Numbered from the whole stretch's first letter, positions 11,957 to 24,898 are shown. The stretch: 60,006 bases of DNA, filler included, from Sphacelaria rigidula (GCA_964200075.2; 7 parts of 7 records of this genome joined end to end with filler, not necessarily neighbours in it), one strand, 5' to 3'. The notes: generated by a model not told the origin, from the letters alone. Numbers and translations: made by a program.

Positions 11957-14900
11957 GCTTCGTTGGTGCTAGTATTATGGCAGTGATGCTGGTTCTGTAA
12001 AATGAATAGGGTGGCGGAAGCAAGCAGATAAGTTCGCAAAGGAACATAAGGACAAATGGTAGTTTCTGCCCTTGTCAGTCGCGAGTTTAGAGCGTTGCTC
12101 GCAAGAGACAGTGCGGGTGCATGCACAGCATAGCAGTAATAGAGGGCGTCGTCGTGGGAGCTTCCGTAGTATGGTGTCTACGTACGTTCCACATAGAGGA
12201 ATGTGTTACAAGGCTGACAGTGGAACACTATGCCGACCAACAAAGGCCGCTTGATGCAAGATGGCCACACATCTATGGATGGAATCTCGAAGCGAGGGCA
12301 CATCCGAGAAAAAACAGCGAGGGTTCATCATTCGTTCGGCTATACCCCCAACTCGTGCTGCTGGTCCTCCACACCTGGGTGGGTTGTGTGATGACGACAT
12401 AAAATCATATGGCCCCGATTTTTCTGGAAAACGAGATCAATCTAACTTGCGTGTCAATTGAATCAAGAGTCATCACAAATTAAACACAAGTTCTCAACCA
12501 TCAACACATCCTATGTCTCAAATCAATGATCACATCGAACCCGCACACCACAAGATCAAACATCGACGCGCTTTGTTGAGGGGGAGCAACAACCTACTCA
12601 GCTGATCTCGACCTACGAAGTCCTCGAAATTCGATGCGTTGAATTGGCACGGGTATGAGGCTAGCCAGCAGATGTCTACAAAGTTTTCAGCGGTGGAGGA
12701 CAGTTCCCTTCAAATTTCTGGATATGAGATTGCAGAAAACATTCTCCATTGAGGGTGTGACGGGGAGGGGAGGTTCTTGGTGCTGCTACAGGGTTATGAA
12801 TGTGCAACTCCTGGGTGACTGGTAGAATCCACAATCTGCTTGAAAACAGGGACTGCGAGTACTATATGCTATTAACCGCTCAGCCACGTTTTGCACCAAT
12901 GACGGTCAGTCACAAAGTTGTACGACGAGTCTCTGAGAACTTGCAGGTATAAATGACACTTCTTTCATTAATTGAAATGATGCCGTAGTTATTGCTGTAA
13001 CCAGGAACTTCAGTACTAGTACTGGACGAAAATACTCTACAACACGAGGGACAAAATATTCTTCAAAGGAATCCACCCAAAACGCGCGCACGTGCGGTAC
13101 CTTCACTCTCTCCCTTGACGACGATGTGGCAATGAGCGTGCGCTTGCACTGAACCAGACAAGTTGGCATTGTTCTGAGACGAACAGAAGCCTCAGAACCA
13201 GCGCCGCAACACTAATTATCTTCGCGCAAAAAGCGAACGGCGTGTTGTATGCATTACTTGGTCTGTTGGGGAAGGTGGTGCCATTTTGTACAACCACTAC
13301 TCGCCACTAGAACAGCGAAACGCAGCCATCCTGTCTACTCAAACGACATGGAAAAAAATTACGTCAGGGTGGCTGCTGCTCATTGCAACTCGCCATAACA
13401 TTTCGTTCCAGGTGCTGTAAATGCTGCCAACATATTACAATAGCAATCAACGGGAGACCGGTGGAAAATTAAGCACTGAAAAGTAGATGTGGAATATGTG
13501 CCAAGGTATGATGATGGGTAGAAAGGCAAAAATATCCGCGACTACTAGAACCTGGGCTTTTCGAGTTTGCAAGAAGAATATAAGGTAGCCCGCGCATTGC
13601 GCGCAATGACGCAACGCTCAACCAGAGCTCTTCAGGACATCTATCTGCGCTGTATACCACGCGCCATTTCATCCGCGTGCCATCGCGGTCGCTGGGCAGG
13701 AAGGCTTCCGCGCAACGCTCGACAACCCATTTTCTTGGTGGTAGTAACGCGTCACCATGTCTATCAATTGTACAGGCGTCAGCTGTACAAAGACGCCCCA
13801 GCTGTGCAATACTGTATTGTGCGTACACCATTCCACCTATATTTGTTTCACCTGGAGCGTAGAAGAAGATATTGGGAGTCGTGAATCATTCAAGCCAAGA
13901 GTGCGTCGCGATGATGGCGATGGCGATGGTGATGCTCAGTGTTGACCTGGGCGAGTGAACCAATGTACGTTTTTTGGGGAGGATCCTCAAACTGGGTGTT
14001 GCTGAATATTTTGTGGTATGGGTGGTGCTGAATACTTGAGGTATTGTGTAAGCAATTCTTGCACGAGGGGGTGAAACACCGGAAATGAAACAATGGATGA
14101 TGGTTTCATGATATAACCGCAAACAGTAACGCCTCTGAGAAAGGAATTCTAGACCTGCAGTTATACCCCCCGCCTACTATTTGATGGGGTCACGTCCCAC
14201 CAGGACAAGGGAATATTGGCGAATACCGCGGATACACACATCGTGGGACCGCCGTGAGAAGGGTGAAACGTTTGCGCGACGTGAAGTCCTGAGAGAGCAA
14301 GCTACGATGCTGAGTGCAATCGTGCCAGAATGAAGGATATATCTGCCATGAGGCCGCGTGGTGCGGTCAAGCCGCATCCCATAGACACATGATGGGGTAA
14401 CGCTGATGATCGAGGTTTTGTGGCTAGGCTCTTCTGTTGACAACATCGACATGATTCATTTACGAGGACAAAGCGTACCCAAATATCTTATCATGCGCAT
14501 TTTTATACCACTCTCTGTTCCACAAAATATGCAAGAGCATACGGATACGGTGAAGCATACGCAACATGAGCACGGTGATGCTTCGGCGCACGAGGAAAAT
14601 GACTGGTATGTAATAGGTGCACATGCGGCCAATGGACGTCGCGAAGCTGTTGAGTTACACAGGTCGCCACCATACTCATGTCGACAGAGTCGATAAATCC
14701 CCCTTCGCGATTTCCCGTCAGATGTTTTGTCGCGGGCGGGCGGTTCCTGCTTGCGCCGTCTGTTATTCGAACGACGTCCCTGCATATGAGGGATCGTGAA
14801 GCACGTGGTGCCCAAAATGTTGGCAGCAGAGTTCATGCCATTCTTCCCGAGAAGCCCACCGGTCGTTCCTTTCATTTAGCAGCTCTTCAATCACTGCTCG

Positions 14901-17076
14901 GCGCTCGTTTCGCACCTCGATCGGCCATGTCACAAGTCACGACCGCGTTTAAAAAAAATGCGAACAGGCATTAGTTTCGCCGCTGTATCCATGTGTAGTC
15001 GGCCGGCTTACGGCGGGGGTGGTACCCAGTCATCTTCGACCGCATTTGCAATAAAAGGTCGCTTACATACTCCCCGGCGTATGCTTAGCACATGTCAACC
15101 TTCATTTCCAACTAGCCCAAATCTGAATTCGCCAAACATATTAGAGAAGAGAGCACGTGCACGTGACACAACTCTCGTATATATTCCGGGATAATCTTCG
15201 TTTCTGTCTGTCGATCATGGGTACCCGTTGACCCTCTGCATCTGTCTTGTTTCGTACCCGCGAGAACGCACCGTAATAGTAAGTGTGGATGTGTGCACGT
15301 GTGTGTGGTGGTGTATGCATGTCACTGAGGTTCGACCACTCGGCATTTCGATAATGAATAGATACCGCTTGGAGCGAATCAACTGCAAGACGTGAGATGT
15401 CAAACCCCGTCAAACGTCATGCAGCCAAATAGCATCACCCAAGAATGGAGCAAATACTCTAGCGCGCCGTACGTTTTCCCTCGTGATAAATGTGAAATGT
15501 CCGTTCACGAGAGAGACAGCTTTGTATCCAGAATCCTGAGCCCAACACCCCCCAACCACTAGCGTCAAAGCTGCCGTGCGCATTGTACTCCTCATTCACG
15601 AAAGCGCTGCAGCAAACATTCGGCAGCCCAGAAGCACCACCGTGGCCATGCGTGTGGAGTGCGTGTTTGCTCTCACCAGCGTTTTCGCGAGATTGAGAGT
15701 AGAGTGCTGATTTATGAGAGCGGCTATGACTGTTTGCTTTAACTTAGACTCCATGACTATTAGACAAGTTTTCATTCCGTTTGTGCTTTTGTTTGACTCT
15801 ATCACTGGCGTGTACTAACAGCTACACGTCGATATCATATTCAGGGATATCAAGAGCCTGGGTGGCAAGCTACCACAGAAAGTATATCGGGCCTCGTGGA
15901 GGGGCATTTCGGAACTGAAACGTTTCATCCACTGATTGACCGTTTTTCACTCTCAATCGTACCCCCTACTCTCAATCTCACGAAAACATTGTTACTGCCT
16001 GTACACCGTCTACTCCCGAGCGGACCTTTTCGGGGTCCAGGGAAACAATTTGTGGGCGTACGCAGTGAACACAGCTTTCAACACCATCAAGATGCCTTTG
16101 TAGCGTGGGATTGTTGTTACAGCGCTTCTGTACGGTGAGCACAGAGAACTCTCGTGTGCTGTTGCGTCGACGGCTCATGAGGTTTGCTGACACGTTTCGC
16201 TCGGCGCACCAAGGACTGCCTCCATTGTTGTTGTTTCCGCACATTAGTCCGATCTCGCGAACCCGTGGTCACAGACGTAGGCCCGCCTTTCCAATTCCGT
16301 CCCTGCTATTCCTTACAAGACATATAACCAAAAATAAAAATAAGAAGAGCGACGCCACGAAAACCGTACAAGCCTTGAAAAACATCGAGCCCAATTATTG
16401 TTGTGTTTTGCACAGACAGCCTACAATAGTACAGGCCAAACAGATTCGCTGACGTCCAAATTTACGTCTTTCTTTGAAGAGCGTGACTGTTAGTGTGTAC
16501 TGTACTCCTAATACAAGCATCAAATCATACATCACGGGACTAGCATGGGTTGATTGTACGTGGGAATCACAGCCACCTAGACAGGGCGTCGCCTCCAAAA
16601 ATCAACAATGGACATTCGACGCGAAAATATGCACTCCTTTGGCGCCCTTGGGGTGCAACAGTGGATGAATTGGGCCGTGGCATTTGACGAGATTTGGCGT
16701 TGACAATCTATGTGACGAAGTTTGTATAAGTACCACCCGCTTGAAATAAGCCTACAGTACATATCGTCGAATGTTTTACTTCGTCAAGTATCCAGCAAAA
16801 CGTCTTCACTTTTGCAATCGCACTGACAATACCCCAAGGGATGCAAATGGCGCATCAAGAATCAATGCCAAACACCAAACGCAGACGCCCCGCCCCGTCC
16901 AGTCGTCCACACAACATACACGCCACAAATATATACGAGTGCCGAGTCATCCTACGATACGGGGAGGGGGTATTTAGTTGCACGAAAAACGAGGCTCAAA
17001 AATGTGTCAGACATCCTTCCACACTTGCGTTGCGCTTGTTTTTGGTTCCAAACTGTGTCAGGCAGTATGGATGAGC

Positions 17077-17176
17077 NNNNNNNNNNNNNNNNNNNNNNNN
17101 NNNNNNNNNNNNNNNNNNNNTTAATTAATTAANNNNNNNNNNNNNNNNNNNNNNNNNNNNNNNNNNNNNNNNNNNN
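17077..17176. other. Artificial contig linker
   Basis: N44-TTAATTAATTAA-N44. Confidence 0.99.
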
Positions 17177-18375
17177 GTGACAGAGAGCAGTAGCAGCGAT
17201 GACGGGAACACTGCCCTGTTTTTCAACGACATATTTTTTCGGCGCACAGAGGCGCGTCCTGTCCAAAAGGAGAGGCAGAGAGAAATCGATATTTGCATTC
17301 GTGAGACAGGCAAGAAGAGACGGAATCTCTCCGCACCTCGATGTTCTGGCGCATGGAAAATTGGGCATATGCTGATATTATCGATGATACCAGTGTCTCG
17401 AGAGTTTGGTAATCGCCGAGCGAGGACACACAAAGGACACGGGCGAGGAGCTTCCTGTATGTCGTCCTTGCTTCTCTCTCTGGTGATATCGTCATCGACA
17501 CGCGTATACATCGCATGCGTTAGGTGCATCTAGCCACAGCTGCTTAACTACTGCGGACATTCGGGGGGGGGGAAGATGGCTTCGCTCGGTCGTACGTGTT
17601 TCGCGTTATCCCTGTGAAAGAAAAATGCCACTTCAACATTATTTTGAAGATGAGCCCCATGTTCCAGGACCCAGTGTCTTTTTCCACTCCGGACTGCTGC
17701 CGAGATAGTCCCCCCCCCAAACCGACCAAAAATATGCACGGAGGCGATGATCGTAAATGCCGTTAGAACTGGTTTCGTGCTGCACGACGCGACTCATGTG
17801 GGCGTATAGCTGATTTCGGACTGCTACACGCCTCTCATGGGGGCGACCTTGCTGCAAAGGAGCCCAATAGTGGGGTCGCAGCCGGTTTGTCGGACGGTTT
17901 CCGGTGCACTTTTTGTGAGGGAGCTATCTCGGCATTAGTCTCCGCATCGTGAGAAGGTCTACACGAGTGCTTCATCCAGCTTCCGATTGTTAGATCTTGT
18001 CGCAAGCGCGCAGCCGTCCTTGCTCGCATGTGTGTATGAGAGAACAGTAGCAGTGACGGAAACATCACCCTGCTTGTCGACGGTGTGTTCTACTGCGCAT
18101 AGAGATCTTCCTGTCCAAGCAAAGAGGCAGATATAAATCGATCTTTGCATTGGTCAGCGCCACAGAGGGGAGGCGACAACCGGGGCATCTCCCGCGATCT
18201 TATTTTCGTGGCTGTCCTACAATAACCCGCCTGCCCACACATGGAAACCTGGGTATGTGCTGGTACAATAGCATGATGTCAATCTCTGCAGCGATTGGGA
18301 ATCGCCGAACAAGGACACACAAAAGACACCGGCGAGGAGCTTCCTCTCCGTTGTTGCTCCTCTGGTGATATCCTG
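17177..18375. repeat. Diverged direct duplication (about 17180-17492 vs 18040-18372)
   Basis: Collinear shared blocks such as CAGTAGCAG, CCTGTCCAA, AAATCGAT-TTTGCATT, AATCGCCGA, GGACACACAAA, GGCGAGGAGCTTCCT and CTCTGGTGATATC. No conserved reading frame. Confidence 0.8.
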
Positions 18376-18390
18376 AATGCGTGAGAGGAG

Positions 18391-18583
18391 CGCGTGCTTA
18401 GAGGACCGCGTCGGAATTTAAACATCCCTATGGTTACGGTTACGGTTACGGTTACGGTTACGGTTACGGTTACGGTTGGGGTTGGGGTCAGGGGCGTGGT
18501 ACCTGCAGGGATTGGCCCGATTGGTTTTGAAAAACGTCGATCGTGAGGTGTTTCGAGCCTCGGCGCGGTCCTCTAAGCACGCG
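18391..18583. mobile_element. MITE-like element with an internal telomere-like (GGTTAC)7 tract
   Basis: Perfect 20-bp inverted repeat CGCGTGCTTAGAGGACCGCG (18391-18410 / 18564-18583); (GGTTAC)7 at 18432-18473, then GGTTGGGGTTGGGG. Confidence 0.75.
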
Positions 18584-18736
18584 GTCCTCTAAGAAAATAT
18601 CACACTTTTTCTAATTCAACATGTACACTGTACTCCAGTAGTGCTTAACTGTACCTTCCTGTACATCACTGTTCGCTACTGCACTTTACTGTACATTACT
18701 TAAAGTGGGACAAATGAAGTAAAATAAAGAATAATT

Positions 18737-18984
18737 TGTAGTCCAAAATGGAGCCAAGCCGTTGCGTTTAACGTGTAGGATACTGGATGATGATTATGTG
18801 ACAGGGTACACTGTGGATGATGACCCTCACCGTGTAGCCTTTGATGTGTAGCCAGTGGGCTGCTGTTGCTCACTCCGTGAATGGAAGCTCTAAGAGAGAT
18901 TCTTTTCGAGCGTGAGGCCAGTGGATTCTGGAGAAATCCCTCACTAAATAGCCCTCTTGTCCACATCGTCTGGCAGAGGCTATA
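18737..18984 (+). repeat. 5' LTR of Gypsy copy 2
   Basis: TGTAG...GGCTATA; repeat of 24101-24351 (about 93% identical by manual count). Confidence 0.93.
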
Positions 18985-19126
18985 ATATCTAGATATTTCT
19001 CGGCACTCTGTTTGGAGAAGTTTGGGCTGAGGTACGAGACGGGCAGCCGGTGCGGTTTGTGCCCAAGGAGTAGTGCTGAAAGCCCTTGGTTTAAACGAGA
19101 GGAGCAGCTTGCAGTAAGACCAGCGT

Positions 19127-22100
19127 TTGAAGAAAGCTCCGCTGGCGACGCTCAAGTCAGGCATGGCTCAAGCGAGAGCAACACCACTGGTATTGGGTGA
19201 GACGTTGCATCCGCCGCAATATGGTAAAAAGTGGAACGAAGCAGGTGGTCGCAAGTTTTTCGGGGCCTATCTCGATTACGAACAGCGGTTGCGAATCGCT
19301 AATGAAGAAGGAAGGGTGACACACGCGCAAGTACCCGTTGGGCAGTTGATTCCTACATACATTCGTCAATGTTTCGAAATCCTGTACACAGACGGACGAA
19401 CACTGACCGCAGCGGAGCTCGTAGATGCTGTGAAGCAGAATGCTGGGTATACCACCGGTGGCCGAGATGATAAAACTCGGGCTGCGGCTGATATCAAGCG
19501 CATTCTCAGGATGGCCCAAGACGGACCATTGTCTGTACGGGATAGGGCAATGACAGTCACTTCAAATTTGGAACCGTATTTTTCAAAACATTTCTGGGTC
19601 GAAGCCATGGACAGGGCACAAGGCAGAAGCTGGCTGCCAAGTCTGGCAGAGTCTGTTTCCATTACCATTGTGGACGGCATTGCGCCTCCAGCGTTTAAGG
19701 CTCATGTCAAGACTCTCTTGGTGTACGAGGAGGGTTGGAAACGAAACCCCACTTTAGTGATGAAGATGATGTTCGAGGCTGCTGACACGTGGAAACGTGT
19801 AAAGTCTGTAGAACGCCGTGATGGTGGGGCAAATACGGGTGGATCTTGACGCAAACAACAGCAGCAACAGCAGTCGTCTGCGCGAGGGACAGCTACTCGC
19901 GCATGCTCTAACTGTGGCGACCATGGACATCTTTGAGAGGATTGTCCCAAGCCTCGCGCCGAGGGCGCAAAATTAAAAAAATTCCGCAAGATTCAGCGGC
20001 GGTCGTCATGGAGGAAGAGGTAGAGGTCATGGTGGACGCGGGCGCAGTGGCCGCGGCAGCAATCGAGAGGCGACGGATGGTGGATCCTCCACTACAATAT
20101 CTCCGGCTACATCTTCAGAACCTGCGTCAGACTCATCTGGTCCGTCCATGCCGGGACGGGCAGTTATGTAGGAGGGAGTAGTACTTCGATGAGGGTGCTG
20201 GAGCGGACAGCTCGCAAACCACCAGCCAGGCAGGATCCGTGTCTGGTATTGCTCCCGCTACTTACTGCGACGGCGGCAACGGCGTCGTCTACATACACGG
20301 AATCTTGGTCGGGGTGGAACGCCGATTCGGTGTCATCAATGCCACTTTCTGAAGCGCAGCCTTGGCGACAGGTGACTGTAGCCAACAGTCAAGGTTTCCC
20401 CCCGACCGGTGTAGTGCCTGTCGATCGCACTGCACAATGCCTCCGTGCTGACCTTTCTTTGCCAGGTACGGTAGCATCATTGATGGCACGAGTTATTCTG
20501 GACTCTGGTTCCGCGCTTACGTCTATCAACGTGGGTTTGCTGGCCCGGTTGTCTTCGCTCTGCGGCAACGCTCAATTACAGTTGCCATTCCAGAACGGTC
20601 CCCAAATCGCTCACACCGCTACGGCAGAGCCCGTGACGGTAACACACAAGACGGTCCCAATCTCCGTAAGTACACGCACTCCGTGGGGGGCTATGCAGAT
20701 GCCACCCATCACCTTCGCTATTATGCCCGGCAGGGGTGATGTCATTCTCTTCGGCATGGCAACAATAAAGAAGGTCGGCATTGATTTGTATCCTCTGGCG
20801 TTGGAGAAGTTACGCCCCCATGCCGTGTCGGTTCAGACGGACGTCGAAAACTCTTGTTATCTAGCGGCTAGGCGGGTGATCATCTCTGTCGGTGCGCTTC
20901 AAACTGAGTGTGTGAAGGAAAATCCTGCAGATGAGGTGATGGAGCGATTGGTGGACCGGGGCCCGGACATGTTTCTGGACCCTGCAGAAGAGAAGGAGGG
21001 GAGAGACCGCGCGCTGGCAGATAGCGTGCGACAGGCCGGACAGCAGGGCCTGAGCGCCGAGGGCGCTTATTGTCTGCGCGACATTTTGTCTCGTCGCGTA
21101 GATACATCTCGACTTGCGCTGTGCGGTGATCCGCCAGCGCGCGTCGGGTCGATACGTGTGCAACTCAAGCCCCAGGCGAAGGCTGTAAAGGCCAAGCCAA
21201 GGCGATACGATCCGGTGAACATCGGGTGGCTGGCTGCATGCATAGCGGCGTTGGTGGCGTTTGGTTTGGTGGTGAGGAACATACAAGCGGTGTGGGCGAG
21301 TCCGGCGATGGCGGTGCCGAAGAGAGATACTTACCGTTCGGTCAGTGACTACCAAGCGGTGAACGCACAGATAGAGCAGTCTCCGGGGGTAATGCCGAGT
21401 CAGTAAGACATGCGGGAGTTACTGGGAGCGCAATGCTTTGGAAAATTGGACTTGCTCCAGGGGTATTGGCAAATTCCTCTGGCACCGGACGCACAAGATT
21501 TCTTTACGATAGTCACACCAGAACGTCTGTTTACGCCAACTCGTGTTCCTCAGGGTGTGCTGAATGCTAAATCCTATTCTCAAGGTGTGATGACTGATCT
21601 TTTGCAAGGATTGGACTGCAAAGTGTGGGTCGATGGTGTTTTTTATTTCGCTGATTCAGAAGAAGCGTTGCTGACGTTGTTAGACGAGATTCTCGGACGT
21701 TTGAAAAGTGTTGGTCTATTCGTCGCAGCTCACAGTGCACGTTGTTTTCTCGAGAAATAATTTGGTGTGGCAAGGTGTACTCGCACGGGACTGTGTGCCA
21801 TGATCCTGTACGCATCTAAGGGCTGAGTACAATGCGACGTCCTCAAAATGCAAGTGAGCTGATGCAGTTTCTGCAGGCGGTCAATTGGTTGCGAACTTCG
21901 CTACCTCGCATGGCAGAAGTAGTAACGCCGCTTCGTGCGCTTTTGGAACAACTGATGACAGGGGCGTCGCGTAGGACCAGGCGGGTGGTGCGAAATCGTG
22001 TCATTCCGGAGGACGCCTGGACGGAGGATCGGGTGCGGGCATGGCGTGCAGCGCAGGATTTGGTGGCGCAAGCGGTCCCACTGTATCATCATTGTCCTGG

Positions 22101-24020
22101 GTGCGTTGTGTTAATGTTTCCCGATGCAAGTGATCTTCACTGGTGGTCTTTTCTGACGCAGGTGCCTGGAACAGAGTTTAAGAGTGGCATGGCGTTGGAA
22201 AATATGTCACACGCACCGTGGGGGTTTCCGAGTGGTAGTTTCAAGGGTTCACATTTTCGGTGGGCGACAGTGGATAAGGAAGGTTTCGCGATTGTAAACA
22301 CATTCCGTAGACTCGAGTATTTGCTCTGGTGTAGTGTTCGTATCTTCACTGATCATCGGAATCTGAAGTACATTTTCAACCCTGAGGAGTGTGTCACCTC
22401 GGTCACAAAACCATGGCACAGAGACTGGAGAATTGGAAAGGTGTGCTAGGTTAGTACCGATACGCAATTGAACACGTCCCGGGAGAAACAAATGTTGGGG
22501 AGATTTGTTGTCTCGTTAGGTACAAGACCCTACCGTACCTATTCGTTCCGTTGCTGTGTACAGCCCGCGTGATGCTGATCATTCACTGCCCTCGTTAGAT
22601 GTAATTCGCAATGCGCAGCGGAAGGCAGTCGGCGACGATGCAACTTCTTTTCCCACGACCTTCGGTCAAGCTAACTTGGCTGATGATGGTTTGTTTCGGG
22701 TGCATGTTGGCAGTCGTGATGTTTTGTGGATTCCGCCAGAGGATAAGACTCTGCAAAATCGCCTTATGGTGTGCGCTCACACATGAGATCGGCTGGGCAC
22801 CGTGGTGTGGCGCCGACTTTGTTTCGTCTGAAAGAATACTGTGTATGGCCTCACATGGATTCTAAGGTTCGCGAGTTTGTTCGCCAGTGTTTACACTGTG
22901 TAGACACTCGTGCTGGCGAAATTGTTCCTCGTCTGTTTGGCGATACTGTGCATGGTACTGCGCCAGGTGAGGTGGTTCACTTTGACTTTCTCTACGTCGG
23001 GAGTAGCGGGCCTGAAGGTGATGATGGTTTTTGCCTGAGGACGATGGTTTTCGATACGTACTAGTCATAATGGATGATTTATCTAGTGTCGTTTGTCTGG
23101 AGCCGACCGGAGCTTGTACAGCCGAGGTCACGGCTCAATATTTGTTGCAGTGGTGTAAGGCTTTGGGGGTGCCACGGCTGTGGGTGAGCGATACAGCTTC
23201 GCATTTCGAAAATCGAGTGATAGCGCATCTGAGCGACGCGCTCCAGGTGAAAAAACAATTTGCTGTTATATACACCCATGATCAAACGGTGCGTGTGAAC
23301 GTATGGTGAAGGAGATTATTCGTGCGCTGAGGTCTACTTTATCAGAACAGAGAGACGACCGGTGTCGGGGGCGCCGCGTGCCGCGTTTTCAGCGTTGATT
23401 TCTGCCACTGACGGCGAGTGAAAAAATGATGTCACGGATGCTGACGCGTTGCGTGACAAGGTTAAGAGTGTCGTTGAAGAGCAAGTGAGGTTTTGCAAAG
23501 AAGTGCAAGCAGCTGTTGCGGTGTCCCGAGAAACTAAACGTAAGCTTGCTCAGGGCCAAGCTGTGTTGCCCAAATTTGCGATTGGCGATTTTGTTTTGTA
23601 TATTGATGTTCGTAGGCAAGGTGTGACGCCAAAACTGATGCCCACATGGACAGTTCCGTGGCGAGTGGTCGGAGCCGATCACGCTCACGTGTATTCGGTG
23701 CAGAATATTGTTTCTGGCGCCGTGCACTCGGCTCGTGTCTCTCGTTTACGTTTTTATGCTGACTCACAGTTGCACATCACTGCGAAACTCAAAGATGGTT
23801 TTTAGCATTCGTATGCTCAGGGGGAGTGTCGGATGAATGCTTTGGTGCACGTCGCAGAGGACGATGACGGAAATGTCATAGTTTTGGTAGATTGGGATGG
23901 CTTCGATTCTGAAGAACGTACGTGGGAGTCTCTGAGTTTGTTGTCAAGGAATTGCGTCAACTGCGGTTGACTTGGGCGTTGACCAGTAAATTAGCGTCGG
24001 AGTATGGTATTTCTTTGTGA
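19127..24020 (+). pseudogene. gag-pol polyprotein remnant
   Basis: Gag ORF 19127-19849; CSNCGDHGHL*EDCP knuckle; RVILDSGSALT protease; KLDLLQGYWQ, PQGVLNA and WVDG RT; FPDASD and TDHRNL RNase H; GHRG...CLHC, HFDFL and SDTASHF integrase; LVDWDGFDSEERTWESL chromodomain. Multiple stops and frameshifts. Confidence 0.93.
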
Positions 24021-24100
24021 TTTGGCGCATGCAAATTCGGCTTGGCGATTTTGTTGGTTGTCAAGCTTGTTCATTTGTCTTGAACTCGCTTTGGGGGTGC

Positions 24101-24351
24101 TGTAGCCCAAAATGGAGCCAAGCCGTTGCGTTTAACGTGTAGGATACTGGATGATGATTATGTGGCAGGGTACACTGTGGATGATGACCCTCACCGTGTA
24201 GCCTTTGATGTGTAGCCAGTGGGCTGCTGTTGCTTACTTTGTGAGTGACAGCTCTAAGAGAAGTTCTTATCGAGCGTGAGGCCAGTGGATTCTGGACAAC
24301 AAGTCTCTCACTGAATAGCCCTCTTGTCCACATCGTCTGGCAGAGGCTATA
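24101..24351 (+). repeat. 3' LTR of Gypsy copy 2
   Basis: TGTAGC...GGCTATA; repeat of 18737-18984. Confidence 0.93.
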
Positions 24352-24593
24352 AACTCACTGTACTCTACTGTACTCTACTAAGATATTTCTCCATGATAAA
24401 ATAATCAAACACTATCTACTAGACGCACTGAGTCCTATTCCATTGATGTTGTCGAAGCTACTCTCCTCAGTTCTTGCTCCTCACTCGATCCTTGCTACAC
24501 TGCGCCATAGCTCATGATGCTTCTTCTCTACAATTTACGACTCTCTATTTGCACCTGAAATATTAGTCTGTAGTGTCTACACACGCAACCATA

Positions 24594-24898
24594 TGGCTAC
24601 CCTCAAAATTCCTGCAGAGCGGTCCATTTTTGAGTCTCCCGAGGGTTGAAGCGCCTCCAGAGGAATCAAATGCACCCAGGGGGGTAAAAGTCAACGAGTC
24701 CGAAGGCTTATTTTTGCCCCTGGAGGGCCGCGCATCCCTCCGGAGTCATTTTTCTACCCCCCAATTCCTCCCGAGAGGCGCACGGCCCTCCAGAGCGGTA
24801 GGGTTTTGTATTTACCAGAGAGACTGAAAACCTCCAGAGGTTCGTTTAGGCTCTGGAGAGCCGCGCATATCTCCGGAGGCGTCTTGGGGGGGTAGCCA
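24594..24898. mobile_element. Possible MITE with short TIRs and CTCCAGAG-type subrepeats
   Basis: TGGCTACCC / GGGTAGCCA inverted ends; repeated CTCCAGAG and CTGGAG motifs in both orientations; no clear TSD. Confidence 0.35.

Larger units (their letters stand above)
18737..24351 (+). mobile_element. Ty3/Gypsy LTR retrotransposon (chromodomain-bearing), degenerate, copy 2
   Basis: LTRs at 18737-18984 and 24101-24351; PPT-like TTTGGGGGTGC before the 3' LTR; gag-PR-RT-RH-INT-chromodomain fragments; possible 4-bp TSD AATT/AACT (one mismatch). Confidence 0.95.

Noticed and set aside
14764..15595. Possible minus-strand exons (MRSTMRTAALTLVVGG... and ...VIEELLNERNDRWASREEWHEL...)
   Set aside because: Weak acceptor and no homology recognised; too little support to call.
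17125..17176. ORFs running into N runs (also at 25708 and 34305)
   Set aside because: They terminate in the artificial linker's stop cassette.
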